A program made the translations under genes and the position numbers. A DNA stretch of 64,000 bases, from positions 75,769 to 139,768 of the forward strand of contig JAAXWR010000001.1 in the NCBI GenBank assembly GCA_013334825.1, in the 5' to 3' direction. The notes beneath the pieces were generated by a model. It searched no databases. It worked only from the letters and a program-made list of their open reading frames with translations, and was not told the DNA's origin. Shown here in pieces: positions 31,870-40,759 of the stretch (position 1 is its first letter; each line of letters begins with the position of its first letter). Source of the stretch: Candidatus Yonathbacteria bacterium. GTDB taxonomy: Bacteria > Patescibacteriota > Minisyncoccia > Phycocordibacterales > JACNGX01.

Positions 31870-32079
31870 TTATTTCAAAAGGGTATCGATACTCACGCTA
31901 AGCACCTTGGCGACCTTTTCCATTGTCCTAATTGTAAGATTTTGTTTGCCGTTCTCGACATTGCTAATATATGCTCGGTCTAATCCCAAATCTCGGCAAA
32001 TGTCGCCTTGCGACATGCCTTTTTCGAGCCGAATCTTTTTCATGTTTTCGCCAAATTTTTGTGCTGTGGTTTTTGCCAT
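31870..32079 (-). CDS. XRE-family HTH regulator (probable RM controller C protein)
   Basis: RLEKGMSQ..RAYISNVENGKQN; first gene of the RM operon. Confidence 0.88.
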   Translation of the reverse strand: MAKTTAQKFGENMKKIRLEKGMSQGDICRDLGLDRAYISNVENGKQNLTIRTMEKVAKVLSVSIDTLLK

Positions 32080-32623
32080 AATGTATGAAAACTTATCAAC
32101 ATTGGTATTATAGCATTCTATTGTGTTTTGGCTCAATGTTAAGCTATAATACAAGTGCGCAAAACAGTATTTTTATGAAGCGTCGGAACCAAAACCAAAA
32201 TTTTCCTTTCCATTTTTTGTCGGCTCCGCTCCTACGCACCGCCGAAAAAGGGGAGGGAGGGAGGGATTCTCTCCTTACAGGAGCAGTACAGGTTTTCCAT
32301 TTTTTTGGAGCAAAGCACCTCAAACATATGGGAGAACCTTTTTCCGCGACATCCCCGCTCTTTGCTCCGCAAAGGACGGGGTGCGCGGACCCGCCCAGCT
32401 CTTTCAAAAAGGGCTGGGCGGGCGAATCATTTCTGGGAGGGATTCGGTCACCAGTTCTAAGCATATTGCTCCAAGTATTCGCAATCCGCTAAGAACTCGC
32501 GACCCCGTCGCCGCGCTCCGACAAGATAAATCTTGTCGGGCTTCGCGCGCGGCTTTTTCGAATCCCTCCCTCTCTCGCAACATATAAATCGCCGGGCGAA
32601 TTCTCGCCCGGCTCATTATGTTG

Positions 32624-32710
32624 CGGAGAGGGAGGGATTCGAACCCTCGAGACGATTGCTCGCCTAACACCTTAGCAGGGTGCCCCGTTCGACCGCTCCG
32701 GCACCTCTCC
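32624..32710 (-). tRNA. tRNA-Ser(GCT)
   Basis: GGAGAGG/CCTCTCC acceptor, GCACC-CTGCTAA-GGTGT, long variable arm, GGTTCGAATCC. Confidence 0.95.
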
Positions 32711-32747
32711 AAATTATTTCTTTGTATTATTTAGCTTTCTCGGTGAT

Positions 32748-32827
32748 GACGATTGCTCGCCTCACGCCTTAGCTGGGATGGGAGCGAGACCCGGAAGCTC
32801 CCATGGTCGACCGCTCCGGCACCTCTC
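32748..32827 (-). pseudogene. Degenerate duplicate of the 5' two-thirds of tRNA-Ser with a hairpin insertion
   Basis: GACGATTGCTCGCCT...TCGACCGCTCCGGCACCTCTCC matches 32651-32710; GGAGC-N11-GCTCC inserted at the anticodon arm. Confidence 0.8.
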
Positions 32828-32960
32828 CAATATAACAAGCGCCTTTAGGAAAGTGCTTGGTTTGGACAGTGTAGCATAGTTTTTTTGATTTGAGGAGACG
32901 GATGCGAGGTTTGTAAAAAATCTGGACGGTTACCCGTCCAGTATTATTTCGGTATGTTTG

Positions 32961-33266
32961 TCAGTCGTCACCTTCGTAGGTGTCATGTCTTGAATTGTTG
33001 TGGGAGGCGACCGAGAACGCCTCTTTTAGTTGCTCAATATCCGTTCTGTCGAAAACAATTTGGACGGATTTGTTGTCGTAGGAGCGTTCTCCTATTTTGT
33101 GCCAGTCATGCGACTGTATATATCCGTCTGATCGCATATATCTCCAGAGATTTTTCTCCAGATCAATTTCGAGTTTGTTTTCGCCTTCTTTTTGCGGGAA
33201 GTTCTCGACGAGATCCATTGCAAGGAAATTATTTCCCGCATTGTAGAGATAACACAGATTGTCCAT
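32961..33266 (-). CDS. Hypothetical protein
   Basis: ORF from MDNLC; hairpin downstream. Confidence 0.45.
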   Translation of the reverse strand: MDNLCYLYNAGNNFLAMDLVENFPQKEGENKLEIDLEKNLWRYMRSDGYIQSHDWHKIGERSYDNKSVQIVFDRTDIEQLKEAFSVASHNNSRHDTYEGDD

Positions 33267-33369
33267 GTCGGTAGTGTTGTGATAGTTGATGTTTTGCCAG
33301 GTACTTTGTTCATGGGGCAATCTATACAATTGAGTGTATTCTGTCAAGTATTTGGTATAATCTAACTTT

Positions 33370-34260
33370 ATGCCTTTCACCCAAAAACACGTCCAATCTG
33401 CCGACCTGGGCATCTTCACCGAATCGCTTGGCAATCCCACTGATCCGGCGGTGCTTCTCATCATGGGTGCGATGAATCCGGGGTTGTGTTGGTATGACGC
33501 TTTTTGTGAAGCACTTGTTGCGCGGGGGTTTTTCGTTATTCGGTATGATCATCGCGACACGGGACAATCTTCTGTCGTTGATTTTGCTATACATCCATAT
33601 GACATGGACGACCTCACGAGCGATGCGCTCGCGGTTCTTGATGGATATGGTATTGCCAAAGCGCATATCGTCGGGCTCTCTATGGGCGGATATATCGGAC
33701 AGATTCTTGGCGCACGCCATGGCGACCGCGTTCTCTCGCTCACGCTCATCTCAACAACTGTTGATCATCGTCCGTATATGGAGGCGACGACATTCGCACG
33801 ACGTGGGGAGTATGACCTGCCGTTTCCCGAGGAACGGTATCTGGCGTACCTCAAAAATGTGGCAGAGCATCCGCCGACAACACCCGAAGGATTTGCTGAA
33901 GCACGTATGCGCGGATGGGAAGTTATCTGTGGTGGACCGCTCGCGGGCGCGGATAGGGAAGCGCTCGTTGCGATGCTTGCCGATATTGACGCACATTCGC
34001 CGCACCCGGCGTCGGCATGGAATCATGGTCCAGCAGTCGCACGTTCCACTGTGCGGACTCAACTTGTGCAAGACATTCATGTGCCGACACTCATTATTCA
34101 TGGAGAGAACGACCCGTGTTTCCCTGTTGCGCATGGAGAGCGTCTGCACGCGCTCATCCCTGATGCGAAACTCGTCGTGGTTCCTGGTATGGGGCATATG
34201 TACACACTCACGGAAGCGTTGTCACTTGTGGATGTGATTGCGGGTGAAATATTATTATAG
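33370..34260 (+). CDS. Alpha/beta hydrolase
   Basis: RYDHRDTGQS, GLSMGG, HGENDP, GMGH. Confidence 0.93.
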   Translation: MPFTQKHVQSADLGIFTESLGNPTDPAVLLIMGAMNPGLCWYDAFCEALVARGFFVIRYDHRDTGQSSVVDFAIHPYDMDDLTSDALAVLDGYGIAKAHIVGLSMGGYIGQILGARHGDRVLSLTLISTTVDHRPYMEATTFARRGEYDLPFPEERYLAYLKNVAEHPPTTPEGFAEARMRGWEVICGGPLAGADREALVAMLADIDAHSPHPASAWNHGPAVARSTVRTQLVQDIHVPTLIIHGENDPCFPVAHGERLHALIPDAKLVVVPGMGHMYTLTEALSLVDVIAGEILL

Positions 34261-34345
34261 AAATGTATATTAATTGACATGAATATAAAAAAAGCGTATT
34301 CTGATGGAAGAAGTTTTAAGAAAATGTTTTTGAAATGGAGGAATT

Positions 34346-34555
34346 ATGTGCATAAACCCAATGTATGTACTGTACATGTTGTGTGGACTGGTATTTCTGC
34401 ATTTTGTTAATTTCATACGGATATTGCGATTCGTATGGAAAGGACAAGAGATGAGAGAACGAGAACGACGGGAACCGTTGTATCCATCTACAAAAAATAA
34501 TGTACGCATCCCACTTCCTGATGGTTTGGTGGAATATGTGCAAAAAAAAAGATAA
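34346..34555 (+). CDS. Small single-TM protein (paralog of 34568-34801)
   Basis: TM + basic stretch + LYPSTKNNVRIPLPDGLVEYV. Confidence 0.55.
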   Translation: MCINPMYVLYMLCGLVFLHFVNFIRILRFVWKGQEMRERERREPLYPSTKNNVRIPLPDGLVEYVQKKR

Positions 34556-34567
34556 AACGGAGGAAGT

Positions 34568-34801
34568 ATGGAACAGGATGTTTTTGCAAATACATTTGTT
34601 ATTTGCGCGATTCTCTCCTCTTTTTCAGCGTTTGGAGTTTTGGGAATGATAATTTCCAAAAAAAGAGAAGAGAGAAAAAAAGAACGAGAGGATTTTTTCG
34701 GAGGTTTACATCCCCCGACAGAATATAACGTTGTTGTCCCGATCGATGACGAACTTGCAAAGTTCGTCGGAGCAAAAAAAAGAAAAGGAACTACATCATG
34801 A
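34568..34801 (+). CDS. Small single-TM protein (paralog of 34346-34555)
   Basis: TM + basic stretch + LHPPTEYNVVVPIDDELAKFV. Confidence 0.55.
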   Translation: MEQDVFANTFVICAILSSFSAFGVLGMIISKKREERKKEREDFFGGLHPPTEYNVVVPIDDELAKFVGAKKRKGTTS

Positions 34802-34870
34802 GGGCGCGTGCGCTCTCTTTTTTATGGTATGATGAGTGTATTAAGAATGTAGTGTTCTCATAGTATTGGT

Positions 34871-35173
34871 ATGGTGTACATTTTAAAAAAATTTATCGTC
34901 GTATTTTTTATATGTGCTGTTATTGCGGTGGTTGGGTATGTAATGACGCGAGATGCATTGTTTGATGAAAGTGTCGCGCAAGAAAGCGAATCATTGCCTC
35001 TCGGGTATACGTTAGAGAAGTATACAGTAATAGAAACTACGAACATTGCTTGCAAAGAACATGAAGAATGCATCACATCGGCTGAGTATCTTGTACGTTC
35101 AAACTGCCCCTATACGTCATTGTGTTTAGAAAAGAAATGTACGGTCGTATGTCCGCAGTATGTGGGTGAGTGA
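34871..35173 (+). CDS. Membrane-anchored Cys-rich small protein
   Basis: N-terminal TM; six Cys in the C-terminal 35 aa. Confidence 0.65.
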   Translation: MVYILKKFIVVFFICAVIAVVGYVMTRDALFDESVAQESESLPLGYTLEKYTVIETTNIACKEHEECITSAEYLVRSNCPYTSLCLEKKCTVVCPQYVGE

Positions 35174-35212
35174 TTGATGTAATGGTATTGTACCTCGTGA
35201 TATCCTAGTGAT

Positions 35213-36259
35213 ATGAAAAAGAAAGTAATGAAAATAGTAGCCCCCACAGAGCATGTGACACGATCAAAATCATCGACGTCAACACGCGTGAAAGAAAAGA
35301 CGCGCGATGTTGTCGTGTATCAAACAAAGTCGGGAGCTATTGAGCTTCGGGGGGATAATGTGCATGAGACCGTATGGGCGACCCAGGCGCAGATTGCTGA
35401 TGTTTTTTGGGTTGATGTGAGAACGGTAAATGAACATATCAAAAATATTTATAAAATGAAAGAATTGACAGAAGAAGGAACTATCCGGAATTTTCGGATA
35501 GTTCGAAAGGAAGGACATCGTGAAGTTTTTCGCGATGTGATGCACTACAATCTCGATATGATTCTTTCTGTTGGGTATAGGGTTAATTCAAAAACGGCGA
35601 CAGAATTTCGCCAGTGGGCGACCAAGACACTCCGTGATCATATAGTGAAAGGATACACATTTAACGCATCACGAATTGCAACACAGTATGATGCGTTTAT
35701 CAAAGACGTAAGGAATATCCAAGCGCTTTTACCTGAGCATGTCGCACTTGACCCAAATAACGTTCTTGAACTGGTGAAAGAATTTGCCGACGTGTGGGTA
35801 TCACTCGACGCATATGATAAAGAAACACTTTCTCTCAAACAGACGAGTAAGAAAAAAGTAACCCTCGATACAGAAAAACTTTTAAGGGCAATTGGTGACT
35901 TGAAGATGAGTTTCATGAAAAAAGGAGAAACGACGGAGCTTTTTGCGTCTGAACGTGGATAGGGGAATGTGGAAGGTATTGTTGGAAATGTCATGAAATC
36001 ATTTGGTGGTAAAGATGTGTATTCGTCGATTGAGGAAAAGGCTGCGCATTTCTTGTATTTTATGGTGAAGAATCATCCATTTTCTGATGGTAATAAGCGT
36101 TCGGGCGCATTTTCCTTTGTATGGTTTTTGCGAACATTTCGTGTGAAAGGTGGACGCATGATTGCCCCTGCAACATTGACCGCGCTTACTCTTCTTATTG
36201 CGGAGAGCGACCCAAAGAAAAAAGCTCAGATGACCGCGCTCGTAACACGACTTTTGTAA
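35213..36259 (+). pseudogene. RhuM/Fic-DOC family gene interrupted by in-frame TAG at 35960-35962
   Basis: RhuM motifs (TVWATQAQIA, YNLDMILSVGYRVNS); same frame continues to Fic motif HPFSDGNKRSG. Confidence 0.85.
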
Positions 36260-36399
36260 TAAGTCATACGTATGATGATGGTAGTTTGAGGATATGTTAG
36301 TTATGTGAAATAACTATCTTTTGATATACTTGAAAGAGTCATCATGGAAATGCGTAATAATATTTATATCATAGCATTTAATCCATCATATTTTATTTT

Positions 36400-36975
36400 A
36401 TGCAAAAAACAACAACCATTATTACATCACTTGTCGCTATTATCGGTATAGGTGCTATTGCGTATGCCAGTTATGTGTTTGTGCGCCCCGATAGTGCATT
36501 GGCACCAGTAGGTGAACTTGCTGAAAATACAATTGAAAATGAAGCAAATGAAACAGGTGAGATTTCTGAGGAGAATACTATTCCCACAACACAGACAACT
36601 TCCCCAACATCTGTCACAAAGAAGCCGGGGACTGCGACGACAGGATCAACATCAAGTTCTCCAAGTGGTTCTCCGACAACAGGGGGAACGACGACTACTT
36701 CTACGACAGAATCAGGTTCTTCTACGGGTGGGACAACAACGCCAAGTGGCATAACGATGGCACAAGTTGCCCAACATGCATCAAAAACAGATTGTTGGTT
36801 GGTAGTTAGTGGCAGTGCGTATAATGCGACAAATTATATTTATGAACATCCAGGAGGTTCGGGATCTATCATCCGCTCATGTGGTAAGGATGTGACAAGC
36901 GATTACAGTGGAGAAAGGGCACATCGTGGAGTAGATGTTGCAAATCTTTTGACTTTTGTTGGATATGTCAAATAG
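36400..36975 (+). CDS. Cytochrome b5-like heme-binding domain protein with N-terminal TM and S/T linker
   Basis: VAQH...DCW...Y..T.Y..EHPGG...CGKD.T. Confidence 0.88.
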   Translation: MQKTTTIITSLVAIIGIGAIAYASYVFVRPDSALAPVGELAENTIENEANETGEISEENTIPTTQTTSPTSVTKKPGTATTGSTSSSPSGSPTTGGTTTTSTTESGSSTGGTTTPSGITMAQVAQHASKTDCWLVVSGSAYNATNYIYEHPGGSGSIIRSCGKDVTSDYSGERAHRGVDVANLLTFVGYVK

Positions 36976-38266
36976 TATTGTTCGCGCACTCTGGTATACG
37001 CTGTTTATCGCTATAGGGGTTATCCTCATAGTTATTTGGCTCGCACATTCCGGGTATCTTCTTATAGAGGGTACAGGAGATGTTTTTGTCGCTCTCGGAC
37101 GTTTGGCGGGAATTGCCCTTGGGTACGCGGTACTTCTGGAACTTCTTCTGGTTGCGCGAGTACCAGCTCTTGAGCGTGCGTTTGGCTTTGACCGCATGAA
37201 TCGGTTTCATCGCGGTGCGGGTATTGCGATTCTCTATACTATCGTCGCGCATCTTATATTTCTTGTGGGAGGATATGCGATTCGCAATGATGCCAATATT
37301 GTAAATCAATTCGTTGAATTTTTTGAATCATGGGAAGATGTTTCCTCTGCGGTGTGGGGTGCGGGGCTGATGCTTCTTGCTGGCGTGCTCTCTATCAAAG
37401 CGGTGAAAAAATATCTCACGTATGATTTATGGTATGCAGTACATCTCCTCATGTATATCGGAGCAATTCTTGCGTTTGGTCACACGATACAAAGTGGTGA
37501 TTTCGCGAGCGGGGGACCTCTCATTTTTTGGCTCCTTCTTACAGGGGAAGTTGCTCTTGTGTTCGTTGGGTATCGTATTGCATTACCGTTTGTATATGAT
37601 CTCATGCATAAGTTTAAAGTAGAACGTGTGGTGCAAGAGTCACCGAGTACATACTCTGTATATATTGGTGGAAAACACATGGAGAAGTTTCATTTTGAAG
37701 CAGGACAATTTGCGCAATTTACTTTTTTGCGCAGAGGAATCATGCGCCATCGCCCGTTTTCTTTTTCTGCGCCGTATGATGGCAAACATATACGTATCAC
37801 CGTTAAAGATTTTAACGGGACGGTCACATCAAAAATTCGTACACTTGTTCCCGGGACGCGCGTTATCGTGGATGGTCCCCTGGGACGATTTACCCTTGCT
37901 TCTGCGGAGACAGAGAAATGCTGTCTCATTGGGGGAGGTGTCGGGGTGACACCGATATCCTCTCTCGCACGTGATGCCAAGGCAAAAGGGAAAGACGCGG
38001 TTGTATTGATTTCTCATAGGAATCCGTCCGACGCACCACTTCTTGAAGAAATGCGTACAACAGGAGTCCGAACAGAAGTATTTTTTGCTGAAGGACAAGG
38101 TGGACAAAAACTTTCCGGTGAATTGATTGAAAAGATATGTCCAGATATTCATGAACGTGATGTATATATTTGTGGACCCGCTCCGATGATGGACGCACTT
38201 ACCGAAGGACTTGTTGTACGAGGTATTTCTCGCAACCGTATCCACACGGAACGCTTCTCAATGTAG
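36965..38266 (+). CDS. Ferric reductase-like TM domain + FAD/NAD-binding oxidoreductase
   Basis: TM His residues (FHR, VAH, VHL, GH), RPFS, DGPLG, GGGVGVTP, ICGP, ERF. Confidence 0.88.
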   Translation: MSNSIVRALWYTLFIAIGVILIVIWLAHSGYLLIEGTGDVFVALGRLAGIALGYAVLLELLLVARVPALERAFGFDRMNRFHRGAGIAILYTIVAHLIFLVGGYAIRNDANIVNQFVEFFESWEDVSSAVWGAGLMLLAGVLSIKAVKKYLTYDLWYAVHLLMYIGAILAFGHTIQSGDFASGGPLIFWLLLTGEVALVFVGYRIALPFVYDLMHKFKVERVVQESPSTYSVYIGGKHMEKFHFEAGQFAQFTFLRRGIMRHRPFSFSAPYDGKHIRITVKDFNGTVTSKIRTLVPGTRVIVDGPLGRFTLASAETEKCCLIGGGVGVTPISSLARDAKAKGKDAVVLISHRNPSDAPLLEEMRTTGVRTEVFFAEGQGGQKLSGELIEKICPDIHERDVYICGPAPMMDALTEGLVVRGISRNRIHTERFSM

Positions 38267-38346
38267 CAAGAGAGGCGTATCATAAAAGATAGAATACTTT
38301 GTTTTCAATTTTTTCTTTTTAGTTTTTTATTTTTCACGTATCCTCT

Positions 38347-38805
38347 ATGCTCGGATATATTATTTCCATTCTCATTGCACAACTTGCAGGTCTTGTTGGC
38401 TCAATATTTACTATGCCCGCTATTACGACGTGGTATGCTGAACTTGCGAAACCTTCATTCACTCCACCATCGTACGTGTTTGGCCCCGCGTGGGCGATGC
38501 TCTATACACTCATGGGACTTGCGGCATATCGTATATGGGAAAAGCGTTCCACGTCGGGAGCCCGTCGCGCACTGGTATTGTATGGCACACAACTTGTGCT
38601 TAATGCATTGTGGTCCTATGCGTTTTTCGGCTTGCATAATCCATTGGCAGGTGTTGGTGTCATTGTTCTCTTGTGGATTGCTGTGTTTATGACGATGATA
38701 TTCTTTTATCGCGTTGATAAAACCGCTGGTTGGCTGTTGGTACCGTATGTGGTGTGGATATCATTTGCAGGAGCACTTAACTATGCCGTGTGGATGCTGA
38801 ACTAA
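38347..38805 (+). CDS. tspO: TspO/MBR tryptophan-rich sensory protein
   Basis: WYAELAKPSFTPP, QLVLNALWS..FF, LLVPYVVWISFA. Confidence 0.93.
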   Translation: MLGYIISILIAQLAGLVGSIFTMPAITTWYAELAKPSFTPPSYVFGPAWAMLYTLMGLAAYRIWEKRSTSGARRALVLYGTQLVLNALWSYAFFGLHNPLAGVGVIVLLWIAVFMTMIFFYRVDKTAGWLLVPYVVWISFAGALNYAVWMLN

Positions 38806-39038
38806 CGCGGAAACATGCGGAACAAACGCAGAACATCGCGGAAAAAAATGAAGAATGAAGACCACATGTTGGAAGACCTATAAACAAAATGAAAGTTTGT
38901 GATATGTTACGAATGTCTTTTGATTATTGTGATTTGTTTTGGGTTTGATGCTTGTAATTTGGTTTTTATATTTACTTGCTCATACCCTCATGTTTCCCGT
39001 ATACTGGTGATATTAGCATTAACTTCTCACATACACCT

Positions 39039-39437
39039 ATGAATGGTTACGTTGCAAATATTGAACAATTAACAAAAGAAAATGAAAATTTTCGCACTGT
39101 TTTATATACGGCTCCAAATAGTCAACTTGTCGTAATGTCGCTTCTCCCTGGGGAAGACATTGGTGAAGAGGTACATGAACTTGATCAATTTATTCGTATT
39201 GAAGAAGGGAAGGGGAAAGCAGTCTTGAATGATATTGAATACGATATTGAAGATGATTTCGCGATTGTTATTCCTGCGGGGACAAAGCACAATATCATCA
39301 ATGGTGGAGATGGAACGATGAAGCTTTATACGGTATATAGTCCAGCAGAACACAAAGACGGCACGATTCATATCACGAAAGAGGATGCAATGGAAAACGA
39401 AGAACATTTTGATGGTGTGACGACGGAGAGTGAGTAA
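39039..39437 (+). CDS. Cupin domain protein
   Basis: GEEVH..DQF...EG.G, IPAGTKHN, LYTVYSP.EH. Confidence 0.92.
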   Translation: MNGYVANIEQLTKENENFRTVLYTAPNSQLVVMSLLPGEDIGEEVHELDQFIRIEEGKGKAVLNDIEYDIEDDFAIVIPAGTKHNIINGGDGTMKLYTVYSPAEHKDGTIHITKEDAMENEEHFDGVTTESE

Positions 39438-39916
39438 GTCGTTATTCGTACTATAAAAAATTCAAACAAAAAACGTGGAGCAATGCTTCACGTTTTTTGT
39501 TTGACTTTGTTTGTATCACAGTGTATATATGGATAGAGAGTTTTGCTTTAATAATAAAAAAAGGGGGGGTCGTGAAATACGAATCTCTTTCGCTCTTGTT
39601 TCTTGTACTTCTTGTTACTCCCGGAGCATTCGCGCTTCTTGCGAGTATTCTTTCGGGATACCATGCGCGTATGTTCTGGCACGTGGTGATGAAAAAATCA
39701 TCCCTCTTGGGAGAGATGATGATTCCTCGGATGGGGAGGTGATATGGGAGAATTAGTATTGTTTACGTCTCTCTTCCTCATCGCATATGTTCCCCGTATT
39801 ATTGGAGAACAGGTAGTGTGTGTATGCATCCGCCCGTGAGGCGGATTTTTGTGATATAAAAAATATTTTTGGATGATGCTGTCTTGGAAATATCCGTATG
39901 ATATACTGTATGTATT

Positions 39917-40699
39917 ATGGACATTGAACATCTTACCAAAACACAAATTGTATTACTCGTTCTTCTTGTAAGTTTTGTAACTTCAATGGCGACAGGGATT
40001 GTAACTGTTTCGCTTATGGACCAAGCGCCACAAGGAATGACGTATACTATCAATCGTATTATTGAACAAAGTGCTGAAGCGGTGACGGGTATGGTTACTG
40101 AAGAAGTAAAAGAAGCAGATCAGACACAAACAATATCGGGGACAAAAACCGTTGCTGATGTTGTTGCCGAAGCGAGTCCGTCTCTCGTGCGTGTGTATAC
40201 TCCAGTGGTGGAAGGGGGTGAAGAGTATGCTGGACTTGGTGTTGTTGCCTTTGACATACAAACAGTTGTCACGACTGTGCCTGGTATTGTGTCTGACACC
40301 GTTTATAGTGTCCATCTCTCTGATGGTAGTCGGGCGTCTGCTACAGTACGTCTTACCGATAGTGTCTCTGGTATTTCTATCCTCACACTTTCTCTCCCAG
40401 AGGGAGGGGTACCCCCTTCGGCGATTCGTCTCACGACAGAGACAAATCTTCGTTTAGGACAAGCACTTATGTTACTTGGGGGAAGGGATAGTGTCGAGCT
40501 TGTTACTGGGCTTCTGACAGCGATTCCTGAAGAGGGACTTCTTGGTACCAACATAACCGCAGGGACACGTTTTGTGGGAGGTCCTGCCGTAACGTCCTCA
40601 GGATCTTGTGCGGGCATCATCTCTGTTCTAGAGGGTGTTGTCTCTGTAGTGCCGTTTAGTCATATCAGTGCTCTGCTTGAAACATCTGCCGCAGAGTAA
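39917..40699 (+). CDS. Membrane-anchored degenerate trypsin-like (HtrA-fold) protein
   Basis: N-terminal LLVSFVTSMATGIVTVSL; PSLVRV, LRLGQ, GGP; catalytic His/Ser not evident. Confidence 0.65.
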   Translation: MDIEHLTKTQIVLLVLLVSFVTSMATGIVTVSLMDQAPQGMTYTINRIIEQSAEAVTGMVTEEVKEADQTQTISGTKTVADVVAEASPSLVRVYTPVVEGGEEYAGLGVVAFDIQTVVTTVPGIVSDTVYSVHLSDGSRASATVRLTDSVSGISILTLSLPEGGVPPSAIRLTTETNLRLGQALMLLGGRDSVELVTGLLTAIPEEGLLGTNITAGTRFVGGPAVTSSGSCAGIISVLEGVVSVVPFSHISALLETSAAE

Positions 40700-40759
40700 T
40701 CACTGTTTTTATTTGTTTGTATTTGACGTATCTTTAAAATTGTGCTATTTTGAATATCT

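Noticed and set aside
35960-35962. Stop-codon reassignment (TAG, or TGA as in code 25)
   Set aside because: murD, rsmI and tsf end in TAG, murC and fba end in TGA, RF1 is present, and no other conserved gene is interrupted.
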